48,795 nt of DNA from Candidatus Zipacnadia bacterium. GTDB lineage: Bacteria; Armatimonadota; Zipacnadia; Zipacnadales; UBA11051. Shown in pieces: positions 26,963 to 34,231 of the stretch. The translations under genes and the position numbers were made by a program. The notes beneath the pieces are model-generated. The model saw nothing but the letters and a program-made list of their open reading frames with translations. It ran no database searches and had not been told where the DNA came from. The stretch's first letter is position 1. The number at the start of each line of letters is the position of its first letter. The stretch covers positions 1 through 48,795 of the forward strand of contig JALGTY010000001.1 in NCBI GenBank assembly GCA_029821145.1. The letters are read 5' to 3'.

Positions 26963-28876
26963 ATGGAATATGCGCTCTGTAAGTTGTTGGTCGGTATGTT
27001 GCTCGTACTTATTGGGGTCCAGGCGGTCTCAGCCGAAACGGAAGACCTCGGCAACGGCTTTCTGCATCACGGCGTGGCCACGCCCGTCAGTAACCACCGC
27101 GGCACCGTCGCCACCGTTGATGGGGAGGGCCGCAACGTCGTGCTGGTCTGGCTCTTCGACCACCGAGGCGGCTATGCGCTGCTGATGATTGATGCCGAGA
27201 CGGGAGAGAGCGAGCAATTCCCGATGCCGTTCCGGACCGGCGATTGCCCCTATGCCTCCGTCCTATCGAGCGGCAACAAATTCTACACCCATTTCGGCAG
27301 CCACTTTGTCGAGTTTGACCCGGAAAAGCGGGCCTTTACCTTCTTCCACAAGACCGCACCGCAGATGGCCATGGGCATGACCGAGGACGACAACGGGGTC
27401 ATCTGGTCGGTCACATACCCACAAAGCGGCGTGGTGTCCTTCGATCCCAATACCCGTGAGTTCACGGACTACGGGCACGTCTATAAGCAGAACTGGCGCC
27501 AGTACCAGCGCTATGTCGCTGCCGACGACACGGGCTGGATCTACTTCGGGATAGGCAATACTGCCAGTCAGATCATCGCCTTCGATCCGGGAACCAGGGA
27601 GGCCAAGCCGATGCTCCCGGAGGAGGAACGTGCCCAGGGCGGCGGATATGTGTATCGCGACATGAACGGCAAGGTGTACGGCTACATTAGCGGCAGAAGA
27701 GATAACTGGTACGAATTCTACGAGGGCGAGGGCAAGAAAATCGGGACGCACGAGCAGATCGAAAAGAAGCCCATCATCACCAGCAGTCAGGGCCTGTTCC
27801 ATCGTGAGTTCCCCGACGGTAAGATGCTCAAGAGCTGCGATCTGGTGAACCGTGTCCTGGTCGTAGAGGATCCGAAGACCGGGGAGGCAAAAGAACTGGA
27901 GTTCGACTACACGAGCGAAGGCGCGCATATCATGGGCCTGGCCACCGCCCCGGATGGCACCATCTGCGGCGGCACGGCCTTCCCGATGCGGTTCTTCAGC
28001 TACAATCCGGGAACCGATGAGTGGACCAACCGCGCGGCCTACGGCCAGTGGAATACCGTGGCCCCGCAGGGCGACCGCTTCTTTGTCGGTGGCTACGGCG
28101 GCGGGTTCCTTCTGGAGTGGGATCCCTCGCAGGAGTGGGTGACGACGAAGAAGGGTGATGAGAACTGCAACCCGCTTTACCTGACTCAATGCTCGCCCAC
28201 CATCAACCGCCCGCACGACCTGTTGGCGACCCCCGACGGGAAGAAGCTGGTGCTGGCCGGCACGCCCGGTTACGGCTTCACCGGCGGCGGCCTGCTGTTC
28301 TGGGACCGCGAGACACGGACAGCGACGGTGATAAAGCACACGGAGATACTCCCGGAACAATCCACGATGGCCCTCGTGGCGCTGCCGGATGGCAAGCTAC
28401 TGGGCGGCACTACCACCAGCCCCGGCACGGGTGGGGAGAAGAAGGCCACCGAGGCGGAACTCTACATCATGGACATGGCGACCAAGGAGCTGGAGTGGCA
28501 CGAGGTCGTGTTCCCCGGCGTGCAGGGCTATACGGACATGTGCCTGGGGCCGGACGGGTTCGTCTTTGGCTTCGCCGACCGCAAGCGCTTTTTCGTCTTC
28601 GACCCCGCTGAGAGAAAGGTCGTCCACGAGGAGAACACCGAGGCCGAGTTCGGAGCCACCATCTCCCATCAGGGGCCGCGGGTGTTTGTGCTTGACCCCG
28701 ACGGGACGATCTACATACTCTTTGCGAAGGGGATTGCACGTCTCGACCCGACCACATTCGACATTACGATGCTGGCCGAGTCGCCGGTGGGGATCGGCCC
28801 CGGAGGGGACATCCTCAACGGGCGCATCTACTTCGGCAGCGGTTCGCATCTTTACAGCTACGGGGTGCCCAACTGA
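26963..28876 (+). CDS. Secreted beta-propeller repeat protein
   Basis: SD AAGGAGG, signal peptide, repeated blades (MGMTEDDNGVIW, MGLATAPDGTICGG, MALVALPDGKLLGG, MCLGPDGFVFG). Confidence 0.72.
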   Translation: MEYALCKLLVGMLLVLIGVQAVSAETEDLGNGFLHHGVATPVSNHRGTVATVDGEGRNVVLVWLFDHRGGYALLMIDAETGESEQFPMPFRTGDCPYASVLSSGNKFYTHFGSHFVEFDPEKRAFTFFHKTAPQMAMGMTEDDNGVIWSVTYPQSGVVSFDPNTREFTDYGHVYKQNWRQYQRYVAADDTGWIYFGIGNTASQIIAFDPGTREAKPMLPEEERAQGGGYVYRDMNGKVYGYISGRRDNWYEFYEGEGKKIGTHEQIEKKPIITSSQGLFHREFPDGKMLKSCDLVNRVLVVEDPKTGEAKELEFDYTSEGAHIMGLATAPDGTICGGTAFPMRFFSYNPGTDEWTNRAAYGQWNTVAPQGDRFFVGGYGGGFLLEWDPSQEWVTTKKGDENCNPLYLTQCSPTINRPHDLLATPDGKKLVLAGTPGYGFTGGGLLFWDRETRTATVIKHTEILPEQSTMALVALPDGKLLGGTTTSPGTGGEKKATEAELYIMDMATKELEWHEVVFPGVQGYTDMCLGPDGFVFGFADRKRFFVFDPAERKVVHEENTEAEFGATISHQGPRVFVLDPDGTIYILFAKGIARLDPTTFDITMLAESPVGIGPGGDILNGRIYFGSGSHLYSYGVPN

Positions 28877-28923
28877 CTCGTTGACTGACAAAACGCGACG
28901 CGCCGCCGATAACCGGCCATTAC

Positions 28924-30117
28924 TCAGGCGTTGGTGCCCTGGTGCTTGATGAGGATGAATTCGAGGGCTCGAGTCTCACCTGCGGCCAACGGACCGGACC
29001 ACAATAGCGGCTCATCTTCTTCCGCGATCGGCGCCGCAGGCGGCTTGGGCTTGATCTCCCACGTGCTGAGCAACTCCTGATAAACCGCCATCTCCACATC
29101 CGCGCCGGTGTGGTTGGTGACAGTCAGCCGGTGTTGTTCGATAATGTCCATGCCGCTGACCCGGCCCAGCTTGTCGAGCGCGAGCCGGTCTTTGCGCGAA
29201 GCCAGAACGCTGTGCTCGACGACAATGTCCGGCTCCACACCGACATCAAGCAGCATGTATGCCTCGGTGCCGGCAGCATCCTCCTGCCCCACCTGGGCGC
29301 GCCATTTCGTGACCACCGCCGGCACCCGGTTGGACGTCTCGCCCGGGCCAGGGAAGAAGAGCTCCATCGGCGCCTCGGGCAAGCTCAGCAGGTACAGGCG
29401 CTGTGAACTGCCCGGCTCAGCGGGGATCATCAGCAGCTTGTGAACCGCCTTGCCGTACACTCTCGGGTCATACACGTGCCGCAGGTGCACCGGCTGGGCC
29501 TCGTAAATGTAGGCCGAGCCCGCAGCAGTCACCAGCGGCCATTGCTTCGACCATCCGGCTGGCAGGTCGAGGCCCTCATCGCGCACCCGCAACTCGCGGC
29601 TGTCCTCGCCGCCGCCGAGCGCCAGAAGAAAGCTCGCCGCTTCGAGGTCCAGGCCGCTGTCGTTGGTAATGGCGATCTCAGCCTGCAGGTTGATGCTGCC
29701 GCGGTCGGGGACTTTGCGGTTCTGCTCGTAAGTGAGCCGGTACAGCGGCTGCCACTTCAGGCCCTCCAGCCCGTAGGAGATAACGGTAGGCCCGGGGCTC
29801 TGCGCGGTCCCCTGCAGCTCCCAGACCAGGCAATTGTCCTTGCCGGCGGGACGGTAGCTGCGCGCCACTGTCAGGCCCGGCGGCGGCGCGATCTGGATGC
29901 TGTCGGCGACGATCTTGGCCTGCCCATAAGAAAACACCACCGACTTGACCTGGCCGGAATAGTCAATGCCTCGGAGGTCCCGCACCAGCGCCCGCGAGGA
30001 GCCGGGCGTCAGGGTGATCTCCATTCCCGCCCTGCCGGCGGCCTGCTGCAACTCGACGGCGAAGCTACCCACACATAATGCCAGCCCACACAGCGCACAA
30101 ACGGTGGCTCTGAGCAT
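28924..30117 (-). CDS. Secreted DUF4139-like protein
   Basis: Signal peptide after SD GAAGGAG; ALVRDLR, GLKWQPLYRL, AITNDSGLDL..A..LL, LTVTNHT..V..Y.EL..W.I patterns. Confidence 0.6.
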   Translation of the reverse strand: MLRATVCALCGLALCVGSFAVELQQAAGRAGMEITLTPGSSRALVRDLRGIDYSGQVKSVVFSYGQAKIVADSIQIAPPPGLTVARSYRPAGKDNCLVWELQGTAQSPGPTVISYGLEGLKWQPLYRLTYEQNRKVPDRGSINLQAEIAITNDSGLDLEAASFLLALGGGEDSRELRVRDEGLDLPAGWSKQWPLVTAAGSAYIYEAQPVHLRHVYDPRVYGKAVHKLLMIPAEPGSSQRLYLLSLPEAPMELFFPGPGETSNRVPAVVTKWRAQVGQEDAAGTEAYMLLDVGVEPDIVVEHSVLASRKDRLALDKLGRVSGMDIIEQHRLTVTNHTGADVEMAVYQELLSTWEIKPKPPAAPIAEEDEPLLWSGPLAAGETRALEFILIKHQGTNA

Positions 30118-30219
30118 GTCAATTTCTCCTTCATAGGCAACCCTGACATCGCAAGCGTATCGTTGAGGAAGGTTCCTGCCGCAAGAGGCCTTCTCCTGCA
30201 AGTGAACCCAAAAATCAGC

Positions 30220-30399
30220 AAGCCGCCAGGCGAATGCCTGGCGGCTTGCATTTACTTTTCGCGTAGGCCAGGCTTGTCGGCCTGGCACGCGGGGATAAAC
30301 CGGAACGATCTCGGGCTGGAAGCTGAGAATGCTTGCCCTTCGACAAGCTCAGGGCAAGTACATTCTCACCTGAGCTTTGCCAACACCACAAAGCTCAGG
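30220..30399. repeat. Intergenic cluster of REP-like hairpins
   Basis: AAGCCGCCAGGC-GAAT-GCCTGGCGGCTT; GTAG-GCCAGGC-TTGTCG-GCCTGGC (30263-30286); CCCTTCGACAAGCTCAGGG inside a larger hairpin 30324-30368; CCTGAGCTTTG..CAAAGCTCAGG (30369-30399). Confidence 0.65.
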
Positions 30400-30487
30400 C
30401 CGAGCTACGCGTTCATAAATGGTGCGGGCTAAGAAAACCTGACCCACGCCAGAGCGTGGGTGCCCAGGCGCTGGCAAGTAATCCAGC

Positions 30488-31537
30488 TTACCGCGACAGC
30501 TTGTCTCGGCCCGGCATGCTTACCTTGAGGTCCTTGCCGACCTTCTGCATGTACAAATACTGCGCGGTGTCCTCGGTCTCTATGCCCAGCTCGTGGGCCA
30601 GCTCGACGGCCTTGTTCTGGGCCAGGAAGTCCAGTTGCGAGATGTCGCCGGCCAGCTTCCACGTGTCATAGGCCAGCCGGAGCTTGCCGGCCCGCTCGGC
30701 AATGTGGCCCTTCACGTGCAGGCCGAGGCTGCTGTTGGGCTTGGCCAGCAGGTACTCGTTGATGGCCTCCAGCGCCTCGTCATACTTGCCCTGCTCGGCC
30801 AGATACCACGGCCATAAATACCGTTCGCGGATGGTGAGGGTCGCGCCCTTGGCGGTGTGATCCTGGGGATCGCGCTTGAGACAATAGTCATAGGCATCCA
30901 GGGACCTGGGCACATCAGGCATGCGCTCGTAGGCGTGGCCGACCAGGCGATCCACATACTCGGGATGCGGGTAGCGCATCGCCGCTTTGAACCACTTGTT
31001 AGCCTCCTCGAAGTCCTCGACCTTGTCGAAATAGGTCCAGCCGAGCTCCATATACAGGTCGTAGCGGTTCGGGTTCCAGGATACGCCTTCCCTGAGACAG
31101 TCAACACCCATCTGCAGATACTTGGCGCGCAGTTCGGGATCGTCGGTCTCCACGTACAGGTTGTAGGCCAGGTGCCAGGCAGTTACGCGCCACGGCTCCA
31201 GCCAGTGCGGATCGAGCAGTGTAACCAGGCGCATCAGCCACAGCGACTTGGCCTGCAACGCCTCGCCCTTGTGCCAGTACTCATGCGTCTTCATCCACAG
31301 CATGGTTGCGGCAACCTCGCGGAAGCCGCCCAGCGCCGCGCCGACGATGACACCAGTGACGCCGGTGACGGCAAGTTCCGTATCACCGGCCGCACCACGC
31401 GCAGCGATCTGGAACCACGGTGTCGGCTGCTGCAGGCCGAGTATAAGCCGGTTGTACTCGACACTGCGATCCAACGGCTGAATGGCAACTATCAGAGCTA
31501 TGACTGCCAGCCAGCCGATAATTCTGTATGGCTTCAT
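30488..31537 (-). CDS. Membrane-anchored TPR-like protein (PilG/XapA-like ABC-associated)
   Basis: N-terminal TM; LGGFREVAATMLW, AWHLAYN, GVSWNPNRYDLYMELGW, TPR-like helical pairs; SD AAAGGAG. Confidence 0.65.
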   Translation of the reverse strand: MKPYRIIGWLAVIALIVAIQPLDRSVEYNRLILGLQQPTPWFQIAARGAAGDTELAVTGVTGVIVGAALGGFREVAATMLWMKTHEYWHKGEALQAKSLWLMRLVTLLDPHWLEPWRVTAWHLAYNLYVETDDPELRAKYLQMGVDCLREGVSWNPNRYDLYMELGWTYFDKVEDFEEANKWFKAAMRYPHPEYVDRLVGHAYERMPDVPRSLDAYDYCLKRDPQDHTAKGATLTIRERYLWPWYLAEQGKYDEALEAINEYLLAKPNSSLGLHVKGHIAERAGKLRLAYDTWKLAGDISQLDFLAQNKAVELAHELGIETEDTAQYLYMQKVGKDLKVSMPGRDKLSR

Positions 31538-31553
31538 GCCGGATAGCTCTCCT

Positions 31554-32369
31554 TTAGACCTCCCGCTCGTTGAATACGAGATACCCAATCAGCAGGACTA
31601 CGACCAAGTACGCAGCGCCTTGGCCCATGGTTTGGAACATCGTGGCCCAGGGCGTGTGAGTGCCCTGCAGTATGGCCTCGCGGATGTCGAATATTTCAAA
31701 GTGCGGCAGCACCCGGTATAGAGTGCCAAGGAGGATTTGAGCAATCCGCGATGCGCCGCGCTCGGGGTCGGAAAGCTGCTGGAAGAAGTCGCTCATCTGG
31801 CCGACGAAGTAGATGACAAAGGTAAAGATGACCGACAGGACCCACGAAAACAGCGTCGAAGCGACTACCGCGATGCCCAGTACGAGCCAGACCTCGAAAA
31901 ACGCCAGGACAATGGCCTTGGCGATATTGGAATACATCGCCGCGAAGATGAAGGCGTCTTCGGGCTTGGCAGCAGCGAATTGCGGGGCCTTGATCGCGAA
32001 GACGATGTAGAAGGCGATGCCCATGAGCGCCAGGTTCACCGCGATCGTGGCAACCCCGCCGAGGAATTTGCCAAAGACAAACTGTGCGCGGCTGACGGGC
32101 TTGGCCAATATGGTGTGGATAGTCCTGCGCTCGATCTCGTCAGGTATCAGCCGCGTGCCCATGAAGACAGCAATCAGCATCCCGAAGAAGCGAATGGAGC
32201 CCAAGCCGATGTCAATAATCATCTGGAGCTCGGCACCGGGCTGCAGATAGGCGAAGACCCACGAGGAGCCGATAATGAGAATGGCGAAGAGCAGAATTCC
32301 ATTGAGGAATCGTCGCCGCCATGCCTCGTGAAAGGTGGCTCTTGCTACTCGGAGAATGGGACGCATCAT
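31554..32369 (-). CDS. ABC-2 type transporter permease (PilI/GldF-like)
   Basis: VARATFHEAWRRR, EIERRTIHTILAKPVSRAQFVFGKFLG, C-terminal FNEREV; about 6 TM. Confidence 0.88.
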   Translation of the reverse strand: MMRPILRVARATFHEAWRRRFLNGILLFAILIIGSSWVFAYLQPGAELQMIIDIGLGSIRFFGMLIAVFMGTRLIPDEIERRTIHTILAKPVSRAQFVFGKFLGGVATIAVNLALMGIAFYIVFAIKAPQFAAAKPEDAFIFAAMYSNIAKAIVLAFFEVWLVLGIAVVASTLFSWVLSVIFTFVIYFVGQMSDFFQQLSDPERGASRIAQILLGTLYRVLPHFEIFDIREAILQGTHTPWATMFQTMGQGAAYLVVVLLIGYLVFNEREV

Positions 32370-33283
32370 TTCTCGCCTCCCACGGCTTCAATGAAGACTT
32401 CTTCAAGGGTACGATGGTGAGGACCGAGTTCTTCGATCACCGCACCGGCGGCCGAGGCCTCCTGGGCCGCGGCCAAAGCGGCACTCTGATCGGTGAAGTA
32501 GGCTTCAAAGTGGCTGCCCACGACCTCGGTGCGCTGTGCTGATGCCTGGAGCTTCTGGTGCAACTCCTCGGATGAATTGGAAAGCAGCAGCCGGCACTGG
32601 TTCTCGACCCGCAACAGGTCCTCGACGGCACCGCTCTGACACATCTCGCCGCGGTCGAGGATCACAACCCGGTCGCACAGTGGTTCCATATCCTTGAGCA
32701 GGTGACTGCACAGGAATATGGTCTTACCCCGGTCGCGCAGCTGCATTATCAACTCGTGCATCTCCATGGCACCGATCGGGTCAAGGCCGGAGGTCAGCTC
32801 GTCGAGGAAGAGCAGATCGGGATCGTTGATCATAGCCTGGGCCGCTCCAATGCGCTGGCGCATGCCACGGGAATAGTCGCGCACGCGGATGAAACGCCGG
32901 TCCCACATGCCGACGAGGTGCAGCAACTCCTCGATGCGCGCCTCCAGTCGGCTCCCGCCCATGCCAAAAAGCGTGCCGTAGAAGCTGAGCAACTCGATAC
33001 CGTTGAGGTGCTCGTAAAAATACGGTCCCTCAGGGAGGAACCCGATGCGTTCTTTGGTGGCGTTGCTGCCCAGCGGGTAACCGAAGATCTGTCCGCTGCC
33101 ACTGGTGGGGAAAACGAGGCCGAGCAGAAGCTTGAGTGTGGTGGTCTTTCCCGAGCCGTTGGGGCCCAATAGGCCGAAAATCTGCCCCTCTTCAACTTCA
33201 AGTGACAGATCAATCAGACCCACCGGTCGCCCGGTCGCATCGCGTGAGTAGATCTTGGAAAGGTTCTCGGTATTGATAGCCAA
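32366..33283 (-). CDS. ABC transporter ATP-binding protein (PilH-like)
   Basis: Walker A GPNGSGKT, signature YSRGM, Walker B LLFLDE, H-loop SHLL. Likely TTG start after GGAGGTG. Confidence 0.92.
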   Translation of the reverse strand: MAINTENLSKIYSRDATGRPVGLIDLSLEVEEGQIFGLLGPNGSGKTTTLKLLLGLVFPTSGSGQIFGYPLGSNATKERIGFLPEGPYFYEHLNGIELLSFYGTLFGMGGSRLEARIEELLHLVGMWDRRFIRVRDYSRGMRQRIGAAQAMINDPDLLFLDELTSGLDPIGAMEMHELIMQLRDRGKTIFLCSHLLKDMEPLCDRVVILDRGEMCQSGAVEDLLRVENQCRLLLSNSSEELHQKLQASAQRTEVVGSHFEAYFTDQSAALAAAQEASAAGAVIEELGPHHRTLEEVFIEAVGGEK

Positions 33284-33412
33284 GCTTATGGCGAAACACC
33301 TCCCGGCGGCCCGGGCGAACTTCCCCGGCCGCTTCACGATTGCCAATCAAGCGGCAGGATTCCTGCCACTAATCCAAACGCGAAAATGCGTAGCAGTAGT
33401 TCCCGGCCACGC

Positions 33413-33421
33413 ATTATAGCA
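33413..33421 (-). promoter_or_regulatory. Extended -10 element for the ABC operon
   Basis: Minus strand TGcTATAAT. Confidence 0.45.
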
Positions 33422-33540
33422 GAAAAATCTTTGAGAGGCTACCGTTGTACTTGAAATCATTGGGTGTGGAGATTGCCGATGTCGGAAGTTGGGTGCTGGG
33501 CCGCACTGAACGGGGACAGTCTCTCGGAAAGGCTACGGTA

Positions 33541-33600
33541 CCCTCACCCCCGACCTCACCCACTCCTTCGGAGTGGGTACCCGCCGCAGGGAGAGGGGAG
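33541..33600. repeat. CCCTCACCCC...GGGAGAGGG REP-like element with an internal perfect hairpin
   Basis: CCCTCACCCCCGACCTC [ACCCACTCC-TTC-GGAGTGGGT] ACCCGCCGCAGGGAGAGGGGAG. Confidence 0.5.
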
Positions 33601-33691
33601 CAAGGCAACGACAGACGGCAGGTGCGCGGCATGGACTGCACAGGCTCAAGGTCCGCTTTGCGCCCTTCCAAAGAAAAAGGCAAAATAATGC

Positions 33692-33720
33692 TTGACATGG
33701 GCTGGGGTGTTGTCTATACT
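33692..33720 (+). promoter_or_regulatory. Near-consensus sigma70 promoter
   Basis: TTGACA-N17-TATACT with A-rich upstream tracts (AAAGAAAAAGGCAAAATAA). Confidence 0.8.
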
Positions 33721-33726
33721 GCGTAC

Positions 33727-33941
33727 AGGGTTGTATAGGAATAGTGGCTGCAGCCTAAACATAGCTTCACTCGCAGCACCCCACCCTAGTCTGCATCTTA
33801 GCTCGAAAAAGTCGCCCCCTTGACTTGCGCCCAGGCTAAGAGCAGACATGTGCCGCCCGACACCGTAACCAACTACGCAGGCAGGGCGGACGAAGTGCAG
33901 CCCGCCGGGCTTCTCCCACAGCCCGGCGGGTGTTGTCTTTT
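33727..33941 (+). ncRNA. Putative structured non-coding RNA (6S-like size, unassigned)
   Basis: Bounded by a strong promoter and a terminator, with no credible ORF. Long internal stem 33789-33802/33835-33847; 5' end can pair with 33896-33903. Confidence 0.55.
33900..33941 (+). terminator. Intrinsic terminator
   Basis: GCCCGCCGGGCT-TCTCCCAC-AGCCCGGCGGGT followed by GTTGTCTTTT. Confidence 0.75.
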
Positions 33942-34124
33942 ATTGGTTGAGCCGACATAGCTAGTGCTACTGCGGTGAAGTCGGCTCATGGCAGCGGGCC
34001 GTGCTCAGCGCTCGACCGACCTCTCCGGAAGGCAACGGCGACGCAGGCTGGAAGGCCTAAGCCACGCGAGGCACCGGTTCGGGCTGCCCTTTGACTTCGC
34101 ACTCGCATCCCTCATGCTCATACT

Positions 34125-34154
34125 TTGCCCCCGCAACACATTCTGTGGTACAAT
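34125..34154 (+). promoter_or_regulatory. Promoter for the 627-aa gene
   Basis: TTGCCC-N18-TACAAT with extended TG. Confidence 0.45.
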
Positions 34155-34231
34155 GAGGCATTATTCCCATTAGGTACGCGACCGCTTGTTAGTACAGAAA
34201 CATACCGAGTGTATCGGAGGTAGTTTGCCGC

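Noticed and set aside
33733-33758. GCT GCA GCC TAA resembling the end of a tmRNA tag
   Set aside because: No tRNA-like domain or T-loop nearby, and the upstream codons do not resemble a tag.
33949-33985. GAGCCG...TGCGGTGAAGTCG resembling group II intron domain V
   Set aside because: Interrupted, lacks the matching 3' strand at the right distance, and no reverse transcriptase ORF is present.
34020-34040. CCGGAAGGCAACGG resembling SRP RNA helix 8
   Set aside because: Lacks the CAGG and AGCAG internal-loop motifs.
33414-34173. Short ORFs in the ABC-to-unknown intergenic region
   Set aside because: No SD or protein-like composition; they overlap promoters, repeats and the terminator.
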